This document shows positions 39,820-49,692 of a stretch of 64,000 bases of DNA, in pieces (positions within the stretch are counted from its first letter, which is position 1; each line of letters opens with the position of its first letter). The notes below the pieces were generated by a model. It did no database searches. It was not told the origin of the DNA and worked only from the letters and a program-made list of their open reading frames with translations. This DNA is from a candidate division WOR-1 bacterium RIFOXYB2_FULL_45_9 (GTDB lineage Bacteria > Margulisbacteria > WOR-1 > O2-12-FULL-45-9 > XYB2-FULL-48-7): the NCBI GenBank assembly GCA_001771575.1, contig MEUD01000001.1, forward strand, positions 415,277 to 479,276. Direction: 5' to 3'. A program made the position numbers and the translations under genes.

Positions 39820-40590
39820 ATGTGGGACCCTCCATTCGCGAAAGCTTCCCTGCTTTTGATCCATGGACTTGGCGCCCAATCCGACCGCTGGCATTATTTG
39901 GCCGAATATCTGGCCAAACAAGGTTACGCGACCTATGCCATCGAACTCAAAGGGTTTGGCGAGACCAAAACACCGCGCGGTCATGTCGAATCGTTCGACG
40001 TCTACGTCCAGGAGATCAAACAGCTCTACGACAAGATCAAGCGCGACCACCCTAATGCCAAGATATTTATCGGCGGAGAAAGCCTGGGGGGGCTCCTCTC
40101 CTTTACTCTGGCGGCGCTAAATCCCGGTTATTTCGCGGGGATGGTCCTGCTTTCTCCCGCCTTCAAAAGCGCCTTAAAAATAAAGCTCAACGATATCGTC
40201 GACTTTATTCAGTCGCTCCTCTTTGAGCCGGACAAACCGCTCAAGGTCCCTTACTTCACCGCTATGGCGACCCGCGACCTGGCCCTGCTAAAGCGGATCA
40301 ACCGCGATCAAAGGGAGGTCAGGGTCACGACCTCCAAGTTCCTGATCAATGTCCTGCTCGAACAGATCAAGGCCAATTTTGTCATCACCAGGATCGAGCT
40401 CCCAACCCTCTTCTTAGTCTCCGGCCACGATCTCTTTGTTTCTTCCACGGAAAGCGGCCGGGTCTTTAAGCTCCTGCCGGTCAAAGACAAAACCCTGATC
40501 GAATATCCGGAAATGTACCACGCCCTGTCGGTCGATCTCGGCCGGGAAAAGGTCTTTAAGGACCTGATCAGCTGGCTGAATAAGCATTGA
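39820..40590 (+). CDS. alpha/beta hydrolase (lysophospholipase/monoacylglycerol-lipase-like), paralogue 1
   Basis: 256 aa with a GxSxG nucleophile (GESLGG). It is a paralogue of the 51710-52519 gene. The conserved N-terminal region continues upstream of the ATG without a canonical start codon, so it may begin at a non-ATG start. Confidence 0.7.
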   Translation: MWDPPFAKASLLLIHGLGAQSDRWHYLAEYLAKQGYATYAIELKGFGETKTPRGHVESFDVYVQEIKQLYDKIKRDHPNAKIFIGGESLGGLLSFTLAALNPGYFAGMVLLSPAFKSALKIKLNDIVDFIQSLLFEPDKPLKVPYFTAMATRDLALLKRINRDQREVRVTTSKFLINVLLEQIKANFVITRIELPTLFLVSGHDLFVSSTESGRVFKLLPVKDKTLIEYPEMYHALSVDLGREKVFKDLISWLNKH

Positions 40591-40649
40591 ATTAATTATG
40601 GTCTTGCGGTACAATCCTCATGTAATCAAACCAATAAGGAGAGCTATTT

Positions 40650-41402
40650 ATGAAAAAAATCGCCGCCGCGCTATTACTGGCCTGTTTTATCGCCGCTCCG
40701 ATTCTGGCCCTGACCCCGACTGAACTGAAACAAACCATCAAAGATCTTTCCCTCGACGATATCAAAGAGATCGAGGATTCATTATATAAACTCTCCAATG
40801 AATCGGCCCGGCAGACCGGCTACGTCAAAGAAGATCCGGTCTCGGTCGGCGGCGGAGGCGGCTTCTATTATTTTATGCCGACCGGCAACATTAACGATAA
40901 CAAGCCGCTATCCGCTTCCAGCCTTGGATCGCTCTATGGCGGAGCCGGGGGCTTTATGGTCAATCTCAACCCTAATTTGGCCGTTGGCGGGCTCTTTGGC
41001 GGGCTCGGCGGGGCCAGCTCCACCAAGGTCGGGACGACCTACCATAATTTTGCCGTCGGCGCCGCTTTTGAATTGGCCCAGCTTCAGTACAAGCCGATCA
41101 TAAACGACAATATTATTCTTGGCCTCGACCTTGGCCTGGGGCTTGCTCAAGGCTCTTACCAGATCTATGAGACCGACGAATCATCGGTCAGCAGTGACGT
41201 GATCCGGGCCGGCAGCGGCCTGGCCATTCTTTGCGGGATCGACCTGCGCAAGCGGCTGACCAACTTCTTCTTTACCGGGCTAAAACTTGGCTGGTTAAGC
41301 ACTTCATTTGAATCGCTCAAGCGGGGAGATTTCACCGACCCGGGGAAAAAGCAAACGATCTCCGCCTATTATCTGGCGGTCACGCTGGGCGGGAATTTCT
41401 AA
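40650..41402 (+). CDS. secreted beta-rich protein, probable outer-membrane beta-barrel
   Basis: 250 aa with a signal peptide (MKKIAAALLLACFIAAPILA), Gly-rich beta pattern and a C-terminal Phe (...LGGNF). Confidence 0.5.
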   Translation: MKKIAAALLLACFIAAPILALTPTELKQTIKDLSLDDIKEIEDSLYKLSNESARQTGYVKEDPVSVGGGGGFYYFMPTGNINDNKPLSASSLGSLYGGAGGFMVNLNPNLAVGGLFGGLGGASSTKVGTTYHNFAVGAAFELAQLQYKPIINDNIILGLDLGLGLAQGSYQIYETDESSVSSDVIRAGSGLAILCGIDLRKRLTNFFFTGLKLGWLSTSFESLKRGDFTDPGKKQTISAYYLAVTLGGNF

Positions 41403-41405
41403 CCT

Positions 41406-41933
41406 TTACAACGGTTTCGTTATGTTGAAATCGATCTCGTTGAACTGAAGGTTGAAATCCGACACGGTGTTAAAGACGTATTTGGGAGAGAATTTTACCC
41501 CCCACGGTTCATAGTAATAATCCAGAGAGATCGCCACGTATGAACCCTTGTAATTCGTTTGCGCCACAAAGGTATGCAACGTCCCGTCCTTCACGTAATT
41601 GATATCCTGGTTGGTCTTGAGGTTGTACATCCCGGCGTGGCCGTTGAGCATCATCTCGTCGTTAATCAGGTAACTGATCACACCGCCGAAACGGATCGCG
41701 TTCATGGTCGCCGAATAATTGACGTCGGTCATCAGCGGTTCGATCTCCGCTCCGATCTGCATGGTGTTGTTTAAAGGGAACCGAAAGATCGCCCCAAAAT
41801 TGAGCCCGGTCCCCACCCCGGTCACCAAACCTAAATGAAAATCAGAAGCCATAGGAAGTTCATGGAGCTTGATCGCGGCAAATGAGGCCTGAGCCAGGAA
41901 CAAGAACATAAGGAAGCAAATTGTTTTTTTCAT
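41406..41933 (-). CDS. secreted beta-rich protein (possible small outer-membrane beta-barrel)
   Basis: 175 aa with a signal peptide (MKKTICFLMFLFLAQASFA) and aromatic-rich beta pattern. Confidence 0.45.
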   Translation of the reverse strand: MKKTICFLMFLFLAQASFAAIKLHELPMASDFHLGLVTGVGTGLNFGAIFRFPLNNTMQIGAEIEPLMTDVNYSATMNAIRFGGVISYLINDEMMLNGHAGMYNLKTNQDINYVKDGTLHTFVAQTNYKGSYVAISLDYYYEPWGVKFSPKYVFNTVSDFNLQFNEIDFNITKPL

Positions 41934-42029
41934 GATGGAGATATTATAGACAATAATAAGTAAATTGCAAGGTCACAATGTCCGGCGACTGAACGTCGCG
42001 GTTAAATAACAGCGGCGTTTAGCCGCTGG

Positions 42030-42689
42030 TTACCTTTTTAAAAGCGACCGCCAGATCATCATCCCATCGACCGAACCTAAGGCCGCTTCCGACGCCCGTT
42101 CCGGATGGGGCATCATTCCCAGGACATTCCCACGCTTATTGCAGATCCCGGCGATCGACTGAAGCGAACCGTTCGGGTTTTCTCCAGCGTAGGTAAAAAC
42201 GATCTGCTTGTTCTTTTTGAGCTCTTTGAGGGTCGCCGCGTCGCAGGTGTAGTTCCCCTCGCCGTGGGCGATGGGGATATTGAGCGTTTGGCCGGTCTTG
42301 CAGGCGCTGGTAAAGGCGGTCTTATTATTAGCAACCTTGAGCTCAATATGCCTGCAAATAAAATGGAGGTCCCGGTTCCGGTGCAAAGCCCCCGGCAAAA
42401 GCCCCGCTTCGGTCAAGACCTGAAAGCCGTTGCAGATGCCGATCACGTATTTGCCGCTATCGGCGAATTTTTTGACCGCTTCCATGACCGGGGAAAAACG
42501 GGCGATCGCTCCTGTCCGCAGGTAATCGCCGTAAGAGAAGCCGCCGGGGAGAATAACGCAGTCGAGGCCGCTAAGGTCGGTCTCCTGGTGCCAGACATAT
42601 TTGGTCGGCTGTTTCAGGACGTTTTTCGCCACGTGGTAGCAGTCCTGGTCGCAGTTTGAGCCCGGAAAAACGATCACCCCGAATTTCAT
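42030..42689 (-). CDS. purQ: phosphoribosylformylglycinamidine synthase, glutaminase subunit
   Basis: 219 aa class I GATase with the catalytic Cys (GICNGFQ). Confidence 0.85.
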   Translation of the reverse strand: MKFGVIVFPGSNCDQDCYHVAKNVLKQPTKYVWHQETDLSGLDCVILPGGFSYGDYLRTGAIARFSPVMEAVKKFADSGKYVIGICNGFQVLTEAGLLPGALHRNRDLHFICRHIELKVANNKTAFTSACKTGQTLNIPIAHGEGNYTCDAATLKELKKNKQIVFTYAGENPNGSLQSIAGICNKRGNVLGMMPHPERASEAALGSVDGMMIWRSLLKR

Positions 42690-42922
42690 GCGGCAACCTC
42701 AAAATGATAATCTTCGATCACCGAATTGACCAATAATTTACGGCACATCTCATCAACCATCTTTTTGTTGTCGCCGTCGGGGAGTTCCATTTCAATGTAC
42801 TTGCCGATCCGGACGTTGGAAGCTTTCTTGTAACCTAAAGTGTGCAGGGCCGATTCGACCGTCTTTCCCTGCGGATCAAGGACCCCTTTTTTGGGATAAA
42901 CAAAAACTTTAACCCTGGCCAT
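42686..42922 (-). CDS. purS: phosphoribosylformylglycinamidine synthase subunit PurS
   Basis: 78 aa ([17 protein letters not shown]), typical PurS. Confidence 0.8.
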   Translation of the reverse strand: MARVKVFVYPKKGVLDPQGKTVESALHTLGYKKASNVRIGKYIEMELPDGDNKKMVDEMCRKLLVNSVIEDYHFEVAA

Positions 42923-44214
42923 TATAATCCAAACCTCCTGAAGACGACATCCACGTTCTTGACGTTGTCCCTGATGTCGAATATTTTTTCGAACTCCTTT
43001 GGCGAGACAAGCTTAAGCGCCTCCTTGTCTTCCATCAATATATCCTTGAAGCTTTTGCCGGTCGAGCGGGACTTCATCGCCGCCGTTTGGACGATCTTGT
43101 ACGACTCCTCCCGGGTCAACCCCCGGTCGGTCAGGATCAGGAGAAGCTTTTGCGAAAAGACCATCCCGCCGCTCTTTTCGATGTTCTTACGCATGTTTTG
43201 CGGATAAACGACCAGGCCATCCATCACCCAGGCGAACTTGTGGAGCATATAATCGACCAGCATGCAGGTGTCGGGAAGGATGATCCGTTCAACGGAAGAA
43301 TGGGTAATGTCCCGCTCGTGCCAGAGGGCGACGTTTTCCAGCGCCGCCATAGCGTTCCCTCTGACCACCCGGGCCAGCCCGGCGATCCGCTCACAGGTGA
43401 TCGGGTTCTTCTTGTGGGGCATCGCCGAAGAACCCTTTTGCCCCTTGCCGAACGGCTCTTCCACTTCCAGAATTTCGGTCCGCTGGAGATTGCGGATCTC
43501 GGTCGCGAATTGTTCCAGAGAAGCGGCAACGATCGCCAGCGAGGTCATGAACTCGGCATGGCGGTCCCGTTGCAGTACCTGGGTCGAAGCGGGAGAGGCG
43601 GATAAGCCCAATTTTTTACAGACGTATTCTTCCACTCGCGGGTCGACCAGCGCGTAGGTCCCGACCGCGCCGGAGATCTTGCCGACCGCGATAACCGCCC
43701 GAGCGTGCTTGAGCCGGTCCAGGTTCCGTTCCATTTCGGCGACCCAGACCAAAAGCTTGAGCCCAAAAGTGATCGGTTCCGCGTGAACGCCGTGGGTCCG
43801 GCCCATCATCAAAGTATCTTTTTCTTCTTTCGCGCGACGCTTGAGGATCTTTATGCCGTCTTCGATGTTCTTGATGATCAGGTCGGCCGCTTCCCGCATC
43901 TGGATGGAGCGGGCGGTGTCCTCAACATCGTATGAGGTCAGGCCAAGATGGATAAAGCGGGACTCGCGCCCGACTTTTTCCGCCACGGAGGTCAAAAAGG
44001 CGATCAGGTCGTGATTGGTCTCCCGCTCGATCTCGTTGATCCGCTTAATGTCGAAATTCGCTTTCTTCTTGATCTTATCAAGGGCTTGTTTCGGTATCCG
44101 GCCCAGGGCGGTCCAGGCCTCGCAGGCGGCCAGCTCAACCTCGAGCCATTTGCGGAACTTGTTCTCTTCCGACCAGATCTCCCTCATCTTCGGCAATGTG
44201 TAACGATCGATCAC
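42922..44214 (-). CDS. purB: adenylosuccinate lyase
   Basis: 430 aa fumarate-lyase superfamily member with the signature GSSAMPHKKNP. Confidence 0.9.
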   Translation of the reverse strand: MIDRYTLPKMREIWSEENKFRKWLEVELAACEAWTALGRIPKQALDKIKKKANFDIKRINEIERETNHDLIAFLTSVAEKVGRESRFIHLGLTSYDVEDTARSIQMREAADLIIKNIEDGIKILKRRAKEEKDTLMMGRTHGVHAEPITFGLKLLVWVAEMERNLDRLKHARAVIAVGKISGAVGTYALVDPRVEEYVCKKLGLSASPASTQVLQRDRHAEFMTSLAIVAASLEQFATEIRNLQRTEILEVEEPFGKGQKGSSAMPHKKNPITCERIAGLARVVRGNAMAALENVALWHERDITHSSVERIILPDTCMLVDYMLHKFAWVMDGLVVYPQNMRKNIEKSGGMVFSQKLLLILTDRGLTREESYKIVQTAAMKSRSTGKSFKDILMEDKEALKLVSPKEFEKIFDIRDNVKNVDVVFRRFGL

Positions 44215-44215
44215 T

Positions 44216-45424
44216 TTATTGTCCCCCTATCATTTTGTTAACTTCAGCCATCAGCGCCTCCACCATTTCGGCTTCGGCGACCTTCTTTACTATTTTACCA
44301 GACCGAAAGATCAAACCAACCCCTTTGCCGCACGCCAGACCAAGATCGGCTTCGGCCGCTTCTCCGGGGCCATTGACCTCGCACCCCATGACCGCGATGG
44401 TCAGCGGTTTTTTTATCCCTCTGGTCCTCGCTTCGATCTCTCCGGCGATCGTCGCGACGTCGACGTCGGTCCGGCCACAGGTCGGGCAGGAGATGACCGT
44501 CACCCCAAGCTTATACAGCTCCAGAGACTTGAGGATCTCAAAACCGACCCGGACTTCCTCGACCGGGTCGCCGGTCAGCGAAACCCGGAGGGTATCGCCG
44601 ATCCCCTCGGCTAAAATGGCCCCGATCCCGACCGCGGAGCGGATTATTCCGGTCCGCGGGATCCCCGATTCGGTGATCCCCACGTGCAAAGGATAGTCGA
44701 CTTTTTCCGCCATCAAGCGGTACGCTTCAATGGTCAAAGGGACCGAGGTCGCCTTGAGCGACAGGACGATATCATGGAAATCGTATCGTTCCAGGATAGC
44801 GACATGCCGCAAGGCGCTCTCGATTATCCCATCGGCGGTGACCCGCCCGCCGTTCTTTTGCAAAACGTCTTTCGGCAGAGAACCGGAATTCACCCCGATC
44901 CTGATGGGGATCTTTCTTTCTTTGGCGGCGGAGACGACCGCCTTGACCTTATCTTCGCTCCCAATGTTGCCGGGATTGATCCTTAGTTTGTCGACTCCCG
45001 CCTCGGCCGCCAGCAGAGCGTGCTCATGGTTAAAATGAATATCGGCGACCAGCGGAATGGAAATGTTCTTCTTGATCTCTTTCAGCGCCAGGGCCGACTC
45101 GCGGTCGGGCACGGCACAGCGGACCACCTGGCACCCCGCCTCTTCCAGTTGATGGATCTGTTCGATCGTCGCCCGAACATCGGCGGTCTTGGTCTTGGTC
45201 ATTGATTGGACGGAGACCGGGGCGCCGCCACCCAACTGAAGGTCTCCGACCAATATTTTTCTGGTATGTTTCTTTATAATCCTAACTTCGCTTCCTCCGC
45301 GTAAGCGCTGGCGATCGCGCCGACACCAAGCGGCATGGTCAGAATCGCACCAACCCCCCAGAGAATGTTCCCAAGCCCGCTGACAATGCCGGCCAGAACG
45401 ATCAGGAGGAAATGGAGCCACCAA
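44216..45424 (-). CDS. ispG: 4-hydroxy-3-methylbut-2-en-1-yl diphosphate synthase (flavodoxin)
   Basis: GcpE family ([10 protein letters not shown]-terminal 4Fe-4S Cys cluster CPTCGR). The conserved core begins near [12 protein letters not shown] (about 45290). The ORF-track N-terminus overlaps the upstream gene by about 150 nt, so the true start may be non-canonical. Confidence 0.85.
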   Translation of the reverse strand: MVAPFPPDRSGRHCQRAWEHSLGGWCDSDHAAWCRRDRQRLRGGSEVRIIKKHTRKILVGDLQLGGGAPVSVQSMTKTKTADVRATIEQIHQLEEAGCQVVRCAVPDRESALALKEIKKNISIPLVADIHFNHEHALLAAEAGVDKLRINPGNIGSEDKVKAVVSAAKERKIPIRIGVNSGSLPKDVLQKNGGRVTADGIIESALRHVAILERYDFHDIVLSLKATSVPLTIEAYRLMAEKVDYPLHVGITESGIPRTGIIRSAVGIGAILAEGIGDTLRVSLTGDPVEEVRVGFEILKSLELYKLGVTVISCPTCGRTDVDVATIAGEIEARTRGIKKPLTIAVMGCEVNGPGEAAEADLGLACGKGVGLIFRSGKIVKKVAEAEMVEALMAEVNKMIGGQ

Positions 45425-45861
45425 TTATTTTTGGTCACGATCTCGCGGCTCGTTTTGAGCCCGGCGTTGATCGAAAGCCCTTTGTCGTAGATCAGCAGAA
45501 GGGCAAAGAGCCAGCAGACCGCGAAATATACGTCGATCAAGATCGCGGCGAAAACAAACAACCCGCCGATCAGGTTCCAGTTAAAATAGAAGCAGACAGC
45601 CCCGGGAAGAAAGGCAAGGCCCAGCAGGATGGCGATCCAGATCGCGCCAAGCAGGAGCGAGCCGAAGCGGCGGAAAGGAGAAAATACTTCGTTAAAGGAA
45701 ACTCCCTCTCCTCTTTTGGCCTTGACGAACATCATTTGAAAGCCGACCATCGGCGCGATTAAGAACCCAAGGATCGAAGAAACGATCGCGGCAAGGATCA
45801 AAATGACAAAGTTTTTGGTGTAACTGTTCCAGGCGTCAACAAACGCTTTTCCTATATCCAT
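45274..45861 (-). CDS. polytopic membrane protein of unknown function
   Basis: 195 aa with 5-6 hydrophobic helices and no recognisable motif. Confidence 0.4.
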   Translation of the reverse strand: MDIGKAFVDAWNSYTKNFVILILAAIVSSILGFLIAPMVGFQMMFVKAKRGEGVSFNEVFSPFRRFGSLLLGAIWIAILLGLAFLPGAVCFYFNWNLIGGLFVFAAILIDVYFAVCWLFALLLIYDKGLSINAGLKTSREIVTKNNWWLHFLLIVLAGIVSGLGNILWGVGAILTMPLGVGAIASAYAEEAKLGL

Positions 45862-45873
45862 GATATTTTCCTC

Positions 45874-46764
45874 CTAAAGATCGGCTTTCCCGGTCAATTT
45901 TTGGAAAGCTTCGAGGTACTTCTCCCTAGTCTTGCTTACCACCTCCTCGGGTAACTTTGGCGCGGGGGGCTCTTTGTCCCACCCGATCGACTCAAGGTAG
46001 TCGCGCACGAACTGCTTGTCAAAGCTTGGTTGAGATTTACCGGCCTTGTAGAGCTGTTTCGGCCAAAAGCGGGAAGAGTCGGGAGTAAGCATTTCGTCGA
46101 TGATGATTATTTCATCGCCGCAATAACCGAACTCAAACTTGGTGTCGGCGATAATTATCCCTTTGGTCTCCGCGTATTCGGAGGAAGCCCGGTAGATCTC
46201 CAGGCTTTTTTCTTTGAGCGTTTTGGCCGCCTCGGCGCCGATCAGGTCGATAACCTGCCGCTCGGTAATATTTTCATCGTGTCCCTGCTCCGCTTTGGTC
46301 GTCGGGGTGAAGATCGGCTCCGGAAGCCTGGCCGACTCCGTCAGCCCCGAAGGAAGAGAAACGCCGCAAATCGCCCCGGACTTCTGATAATCCTTCCAGC
46401 CGGAACCGGAAAGATAGCCGCGCACAATGCACTCGATCGGGATCAATTTGGCCTTTTTCACGAGGACCGACCGCTTGGCGAGCACGTCGGCGTGGGGTTT
46501 GAGCTGGTCCGGATACGACTTAACGTCCGAGTTCAAAATATGGTTGTTAATGATGGTTTTGGTGAAATCGAACCAAAAAAGGGAGATCTGGGTCAGGATC
46601 TTCCCTTTGTCTGGAATACCGTTCGGCATGACCGAATCAAAAGCGGAAATCCGGTCGGAAGCGACCAGCAGGAGGCAGTCGTCCAATTCAAACACGTCGC
46701 GGACCTTCCCCCGTTTAAATAATTTTAATCCCGGAAGGTCGACGTTTAGAAGAACGCTTTCCAT
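45874..46764 (-). CDS. purC: phosphoribosylaminoimidazole-succinocarboxamide (SAICAR) synthase
   Basis: 296 aa SAICAR synthetase ([17 protein letters not shown]). Confidence 0.85.
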   Translation of the reverse strand: MESVLLNVDLPGLKLFKRGKVRDVFELDDCLLLVASDRISAFDSVMPNGIPDKGKILTQISLFWFDFTKTIINNHILNSDVKSYPDQLKPHADVLAKRSVLVKKAKLIPIECIVRGYLSGSGWKDYQKSGAICGVSLPSGLTESARLPEPIFTPTTKAEQGHDENITERQVIDLIGAEAAKTLKEKSLEIYRASSEYAETKGIIIADTKFEFGYCGDEIIIIDEMLTPDSSRFWPKQLYKAGKSQPSFDKQFVRDYLESIGWDKEPPAPKLPEEVVSKTREKYLEAFQKLTGKADL

Positions 46765-47387
46765 TACATCCCCATTCCCTTCATCCCTTCCATCATCTTC
46801 TTCATATCGGCCGGCTTCATCCCTTTCATCCCGCTCATTCCCGGCATCGGCATTTTCTTGTAACCGGCGGGAATGTCAAAGAGCTTCCCCGAGACCCCGC
46901 CTTTTTTAATGTTCTTCATTTCGGTCGACCAGGAGCCGTCCAGCGCGGCCGATTTAACCGGCCATTTGTCTCCGGAGAGCCACTGGTACATTTTACTCTC
47001 TCCATCTTCACCTTTATATGTGATCAAATACTTGTCGCAGTCGATCCCGTTGATCTTTTCCCGGCCGATCTTTTTACGGCTGACCTCTCCGGGGGTCTTT
47101 TCGACCATCCCCATCGTTTTGTCCGGGGTCAATTTCTGCTCCATGTACATTTTCTGGTCCGGCATCAGGATCCAGACAACCTTTTTGTCCGCCCTGACGA
47201 TGGCGATCTGCTCCCCTTTGCCCGCTTTGGTCTCGGTCCGCCATTTCTCGCCCGACATGTACATTTTAGACATCATCGTCTGCTTTTTCATTTTGGTGAC
47301 GACATCGGCCGAAAATTCCATCGCCGCCGCGGCCATGGACAAAGCGACCGCCCCAATGAGAGTGGAAAACAATACTTTTTTAAACAT
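46764..47387 (-). CDS. secreted DUF4412-like protein with a Met/Gly-rich C-terminal tail
   Basis: 207 aa with a signal peptide. The C-terminus reads [29 protein letters not shown]. Confidence 0.5.
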   Translation of the reverse strand: MFKKVLFSTLIGAVALSMAAAAMEFSADVVTKMKKQTMMSKMYMSGEKWRTETKAGKGEQIAIVRADKKVVWILMPDQKMYMEQKLTPDKTMGMVEKTPGEVSRKKIGREKINGIDCDKYLITYKGEDGESKMYQWLSGDKWPVKSAALDGSWSTEMKNIKKGGVSGKLFDIPAGYKKMPMPGMSGMKGMKPADMKKMMEGMKGMGM

Positions 47388-47405
47388 TTTATCCTCCTGT
47401 TTTTT

Positions 47406-47903
47406 TTAAGCCAATTCCTCGCCGGTCACAAAAGCCGGACTGACCAATTCAGTCCTGACCCAGGCCCCCTGGACCTTCTTTACCTTAAACACTTCAACAT
47501 GAAGATGAGGATGTTCCCTGTTTTTTCCGATCTTTGGGTCATAATAGACCGTTCCCGTGCCGCCGGATAAAGCGATCACCGCTCCTTTTTTGACCGAGGC
47601 GCCGTATTTTTTGAATTTTTCCGAATTGAGGGTCAGGTGAGCGTAGCGGGCTAAATACCATATTTTATCGGCGCCCGCTCCCACGTTAAATAGTTGTTCT
47701 ATCATGTAGCCATAACCGCGGTACTCTTTGGCCCCCAGCCACCAGCCGTTGACCATGGAGAGGACGGGGGTCCCTTTGGGACAGGCAAAATCCTGCCCCA
47801 TGTGATATTTCAAGCCAAGTTTGGCCTGCAGTTCTTTGGGGTAGTTTTGTTTATAGCCAAAGATCATTTTCCATTTGGCATCGACTGGCCGGCTCATGGC
47901 CAT
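47406..47903 (-). CDS. M23-family metallopeptidase
   Basis: HxxxD (HMGQD) and HxH (HLHVEV) zinc ligands of the LytM/M23 fold. Start set at an internal Met because the ORF-track start lies in the polX promoter region. Confidence 0.6.
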   Translation of the reverse strand: MAMSRPVDAKWKMIFGYKQNYPKELQAKLGLKYHMGQDFACPKGTPVLSMVNGWWLGAKEYRGYGYMIEQLFNVGAGADKIWYLARYAHLTLNSEKFKKYGASVKKGAVIALSGGTGTVYYDPKIGKNREHPHLHVEVFKVKKVQGAWVRTELVSPAFVTGEELA

Positions 47904-47964
47904 AATAATATCATAAATATCCTCCGGTTGCTTATCAATATTTTCATCGGTATAATGCGGGTAA

Positions 47965-49692
47965 ATGGAAAATTCCGAGATCGCCAAAATATTTTGGGAA
48001 ATTTCAGAGTTCCTTGAGCTAAAAGGAGACAACCCTTTCAAGATCAGGGCTTACCAGAAAGCGGCCCGGAACATTGAGACCCTCTCCCAAAACTTAGACG
48101 ATATCTACAAGCGGGGCGGAATAGCGGCCCTGCGCGAACTCCCCGGGATCGGCCAGGACCTCTCGGAAAAGATCGAAAGCTTTATTAAGACCGGCAAGGT
48201 CGACACTTACGATAAGCTCCGCCGCGAGTTCCCCGCGGGGTTCATTAATTTGCTGGAGATCCCCTCGCTCGGGCCAAAGACCGCGATGCTGTTATATAAA
48301 AAGTTCAAGGTCGGCTCGGTCGCCGCGCTTGAGAAATTGACCAGATCGGGAAAACTTGAAGGGCTCCCCGGTTTTGGGACCAAAAAGACGGAAAACATCC
48401 TTAAAGGGATCAACCTGAAGAAAAGGGTCAAAGGGAGGTTTCTTCTCTCCGAAGCGCTCGCCTATGCCGAGCCAATCGTCGCCGAACTTGAAAAACTTAA
48501 AGCGGTTGACCGGCTTTTGCCCGCCGGGAGCCTTCGCCGCCGCCAGGAAACGATCGGCGACCTCGACTTTTTGGTCACGTCAAAAGATCCGGCCAGGGTC
48601 ATGTCCGGCTTTACCTCTCTCCCCCAGGTTGAACGGACACTGGTCAAAGGGGGGACCAAAGCATCGGTCATTCTGAAGAACGGGATGCAAGCCGACCTGC
48701 GGGTCGTGAAAGAGAAAAGCTTTGGCGCCGCCGCCCACTACTTCACCGGCAGTAAGGGACATAATATCCATATCCGCCAGCTCGCCCAAAAAAAAGGATG
48801 GAAAGTAAGCGAGTACGGGATCTTTAACACCGCCGGCAAACAGATCGGGGGCCGGACTGAACAAGAGATGTTTAGTAAGTTCGGCTTGCAATATATTCCG
48901 CCGGAATTGCGGGAAATGCGGGGAGAGTTTGAAGCGGCGGCCAAAAGGGAAATCCCCGAGTTAATTGAGCCAATCGACATCCGCGGAGACTTGCAAATGC
49001 ACTCTGATCATTCCGACGGCTCAAGCACGATCGAAGCAATGGCCGCGGCCGCAAATAAGCTGGGCTATGAATACATCGCCATCACCGACCACACCCGCTC
49101 GACCAGGGTCGCCGGCGGCCAGACCGAAAAAGAGTTCCTGAAAGAGCTGGAAGATATCGACAGGATAAACCGGAAGCTGAATGGCTTTCGGGTCCTTAAA
49201 GGGGTCGAGGTCGACATTCTGCCGGACGGAACCCTGGATTTTTCCGACGAAGTCTTAAAACGGGCGGAAGTGGTCCTTGCCGCCGTCCACTCAAATTTTA
49301 AAATGGAAAAGAGTAAAATGACCAAACGGATAATCCGGGCGCTGGAAAACAAATACGTCAACCTTCTCGCCCATCCAACCGGACGGCTCATCGGCAAGAG
49401 GGAGCCGTATGAAGTTGATATTGAAGCGGTCATCCAGGCGGCGAAACGGACCGGCACCGTCCTGGAGATCAACGCCTATCCGGAACGGCTCGACCTTTCC
49501 GACCTCCACTGCCGGCGGGCCAAAGAAGTCGGCGTCCTTCTGGCGATCAACACCGATTCCCACTCTCCACTCCAGCTGGGAACAATGAAATACGGCGTGA
49601 TGACCGCCCGACGCGGCTGGCTGGAAAAAAGCGACGTCATCAACACCCTGCCGGTCGGCAAGCTCCTAAAAATATTAGCGAGGAAACGATGA
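47965..49692 (+). CDS. polX: DNA polymerase X family protein with a C-terminal PHP phosphoesterase domain
   Basis: 575 aa with HhH motifs, a Pol beta-like nucleotidyltransferase domain and a PHP domain (HxH, MHSDHSDG). A TATAAT box lies 8 nt upstream of the ATG. Confidence 0.85.
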   Translation: MENSEIAKIFWEISEFLELKGDNPFKIRAYQKAARNIETLSQNLDDIYKRGGIAALRELPGIGQDLSEKIESFIKTGKVDTYDKLRREFPAGFINLLEIPSLGPKTAMLLYKKFKVGSVAALEKLTRSGKLEGLPGFGTKKTENILKGINLKKRVKGRFLLSEALAYAEPIVAELEKLKAVDRLLPAGSLRRRQETIGDLDFLVTSKDPARVMSGFTSLPQVERTLVKGGTKASVILKNGMQADLRVVKEKSFGAAAHYFTGSKGHNIHIRQLAQKKGWKVSEYGIFNTAGKQIGGRTEQEMFSKFGLQYIPPELREMRGEFEAAAKREIPELIEPIDIRGDLQMHSDHSDGSSTIEAMAAAANKLGYEYIAITDHTRSTRVAGGQTEKEFLKELEDIDRINRKLNGFRVLKGVEVDILPDGTLDFSDEVLKRAEVVLAAVHSNFKMEKSKMTKRIIRALENKYVNLLAHPTGRLIGKREPYEVDIEAVIQAAKRTGTVLEINAYPERLDLSDLHCRRAKEVGVLLAINTDSHSPLQLGTMKYGVMTARRGWLEKSDVINTLPVGKLLKILARKR

